DNA of 63,990 bases, filler included, from Octopus bimaculoides (taxonomy: Eukaryota): NCBI RefSeq assembly GCF_001194135.2. It is 5 parts of 4 records of this genome, joined end to end, with 100 filler letters (N's around TTAATTAATTAA, not from the genome) between each part and the next. Parts side by side here need not be neighbours in the genome. Positions count along the whole stretch, not along the records: positions 57,301 to 63,990 come from NC_068984.1; 4 more parts are not named here. One strand, 5' to 3'. This document shows positions 61,810 to 63,990 of this stretch, one piece after another. A program made the translations under genes and the position numbers. The notes under the pieces are model-generated. The model ran no database searches, was not told the origin of the DNA, and saw only the letters and a program-made list of their open reading frames with translations. Numbering within the stretch: the stretch's first letter is position 1; every line of letters starts with the position of its first letter.

Positions 61810-62643
61810 TATATGATACAGTGTAGTAAATCTCTTAGCCTTCTAACAACTGCTCAGTAATGGCTGCCGTTTGCATTATTTATGTATATATCTCCGCTTA
61901 ACAAACTACAAATGCTAAATTGCTGATTCGTCCCAGTTACGTTTGTTAATTTGTTTTTGTTCTTATTTTTACCAGTTGGATAATACTTTCACGTTTTTCT
62001 CGCTTGTTCCACAGTAAATATTCTATTCTATTATGCAATATTTAGGCCTGATTCATCTTTTTAATGAAGTCATCCGTTTTTGAACTGTTACCAGATGGCG
62101 GCACCCATTTATATTGATTATCGATAGAGAAAAATGCAAGCGATTGTTGATCTTGGTATTTAACCACCCCCACTTATTAATTTTCAATAGCTTATCGATT
62201 TGATTGATCGAGTCCAAAATGTTTCAGAAAAGCCCCTGAAAGAACAAGGGTTCGAGTCTTATCACAGACATTCGTAGGGCTGCAATAAGTCCCATAGAGG
62301 CCTTAAGAACTTAAAAGATTTTGGTGCCCCATAAATATACTATTCAAAATATAAACCATAAATATTTATTTTTTTCAAAATGAAAGAAAATGAAACAGTA
62401 AGATGGAAAACAATGCTTATTTTGTATACTTCCACTTCATTTATATTTGAAAATTTTCTCCTCCATTTTTGCGAAGTTTTTGATCAGATCCTCGCTATGA
62501 CGTCATTAACATTTTGATACATATTCGAATATTGATACATATTGATACATATTCGAATTTGTCGCCCTTAGATTCCTGAAAAATACCAACAAAACAATTA
62601 TATGGGTATATGAGCGAAGGAGTAACGGAAAGTGTACAAATAG

Positions 62644-62905
62644 AAGACCAGTTCAAATATATTTAAGAGATTATATGATCCTGTAAAAGTTTTTACTGGA
62701 GTTTTTCACGGCGAAAAGAATATCCCTTAGGACAAAAGAGGTCTAAAAATTACACATTCAGCTTAGAGCGCACCCTATTGGACCGATCGATGCAGTACGA
62801 ACTAGTCAGCTCTCTTCAGTACCAGATACAATTTCTTCTCCGTGAAACTGCAAATAAAATCCTTTAGAAGTTCGAATATCTCTCAAACATACTTGAACTG
62901 GTCTT
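62644..62905. mobile_element. Probable MITE with long imperfect inverted ends
   Basis: aagaccagttcaaatatatttaagaga vs the reverse complement of tctctcaaacatacttgaactggtctt; a second internal inverted pair is present. Confidence 0.5.
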
Positions 62906-63067
62906 TAGTTTATTGATTTTCCGTCACTGCATCGCGTACCAATTCACACATTTGATCCTACCTAGTGGCTAATATGCCCTTTCAGGTTAGCTCAGAATTG
63001 CCTTTCTTGATATCAAGTGCTAAAGAGAACTAATCGGTAGGTATTTGTCTCCCTCTCTCTCTCTCTA

Positions 63068-63083
63068 TATATATATATATATG

Positions 63084-63134
<51 letters not shown>

Positions 63135-63929
63135 ATATATATATAATATATAAATATACATACATACATATATATATTTATATGCATATATGTGCGTGCG
63201 TGAGAGTATCTCTGTGTGTGTGTTTGTATGCATATGTGTGTGTCTTTGTTGAGCTTTTAATCCCCCTCACCCAATTCGTTAGCAGTAACAGGTGAGGTCA
63301 GTCCCACCCTGCTAAACCCACAAAAGGGAACAAACAAAAATTGTTTATGCATTCGTTATGCAGCCCTCCGTCCACTGGAGAGTGTTCTGAGTTGACTAAA
63401 TGCTATTAGCACATTGTTGTCTTAAGTCAGAAATTTTTCCCCACAACGAACTGCAGTAAAAAGCTTTCACGGGTTTAAATATCGCTCACGGGTTCAAACA
63501 TCCCTGAGATATATGTGAAATGCTTTTAAATCTGTAAACAAAATAATTATAGAGCGATATATTTATCAATAATTTTTTCGTATTTATTCAACTTCAGCCT
63601 TTTAATGATCTCGATATTAATTCTGTTTAGACTTAATTAATTATTATTTCTAATATATTTGTTCCTGAAAGGTGGTAAATAAAAGTAAAAATGTCATCAC
63701 GCCCGATCAAATAGCATAAACAATTTTTGTTTGTTCCCTTTTGTGGGTTTAGCAGGGTGGGACTGACCTCACCTGTTACTGCTAACGAATTGGGTGAGGG
63801 GGATTAAAAGCTCAACAAAGACACACACATATGCATACAAACACACACACAGAGATACTCTCACGCACGCACATATATGCATATAAATATATATATGTAT
63901 GTATGTATATTTATATATTATATATATAT

Positions 63930-63974
<45 letters not shown>

Positions 63975-63990
63975 CATATATATATATATA
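63068..63990. repeat. Long inverted duplication (arms 63068-63350 and 63714-63990, spacer 363 bp)
   Basis: Arms identical by eye except (GT)19 vs (GT)16; the right arm runs off the window. Confidence 0.92.

Overview
AT-rich, microsatellite- and SINE-laden animal genomic DNA with many N gaps. The repeat style looks like an octopus/coleoid cephalopod draft assembly (inference, confirm by BLAST). The window is not one continuous locus: four identical 100-nt artificial linkers (44 N + TTAATTAATTAA + 44 N) split it into five pieces (1-7302, 7403-26640, 26741-49718, 49819-57200, 57301-63990). The only clear host gene is WDHD1 (AND-1/Ctf4) on the + strand. I traced 12 coding exons (8511-26196, 1299 nt, 433 codons, all GT-AG with consistent phases) covering the N-terminal WD40 propeller and acidic linker; the model stops at a linker just as the SepB domain begins. 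A candidate divergent first exon lies about 0.55 kb upstream. The rest is transposon relics: Penelope-like (GIY-YIG) fragments, RTE, CR1-like and RLE-type LINE pieces, a decayed DD37D (maT) Tc1/mariner element, mariner/hAT/TTAA MITEs and at least four SINE families. The most interesting non-coding signals are: several minimal hammerhead-ribozyme-like motifs, one with a perfect 44-bp inversion starting at its predicted cleavage site; a 284-bp foldback of two divergent tRNA-like units around a central TATA inside a WDHD1 intron; a (CCCTAA)/(TTAGGG) palindrome nested in longer inverted repeats; and a ~280-bp near-identical inverted duplication at the window end.
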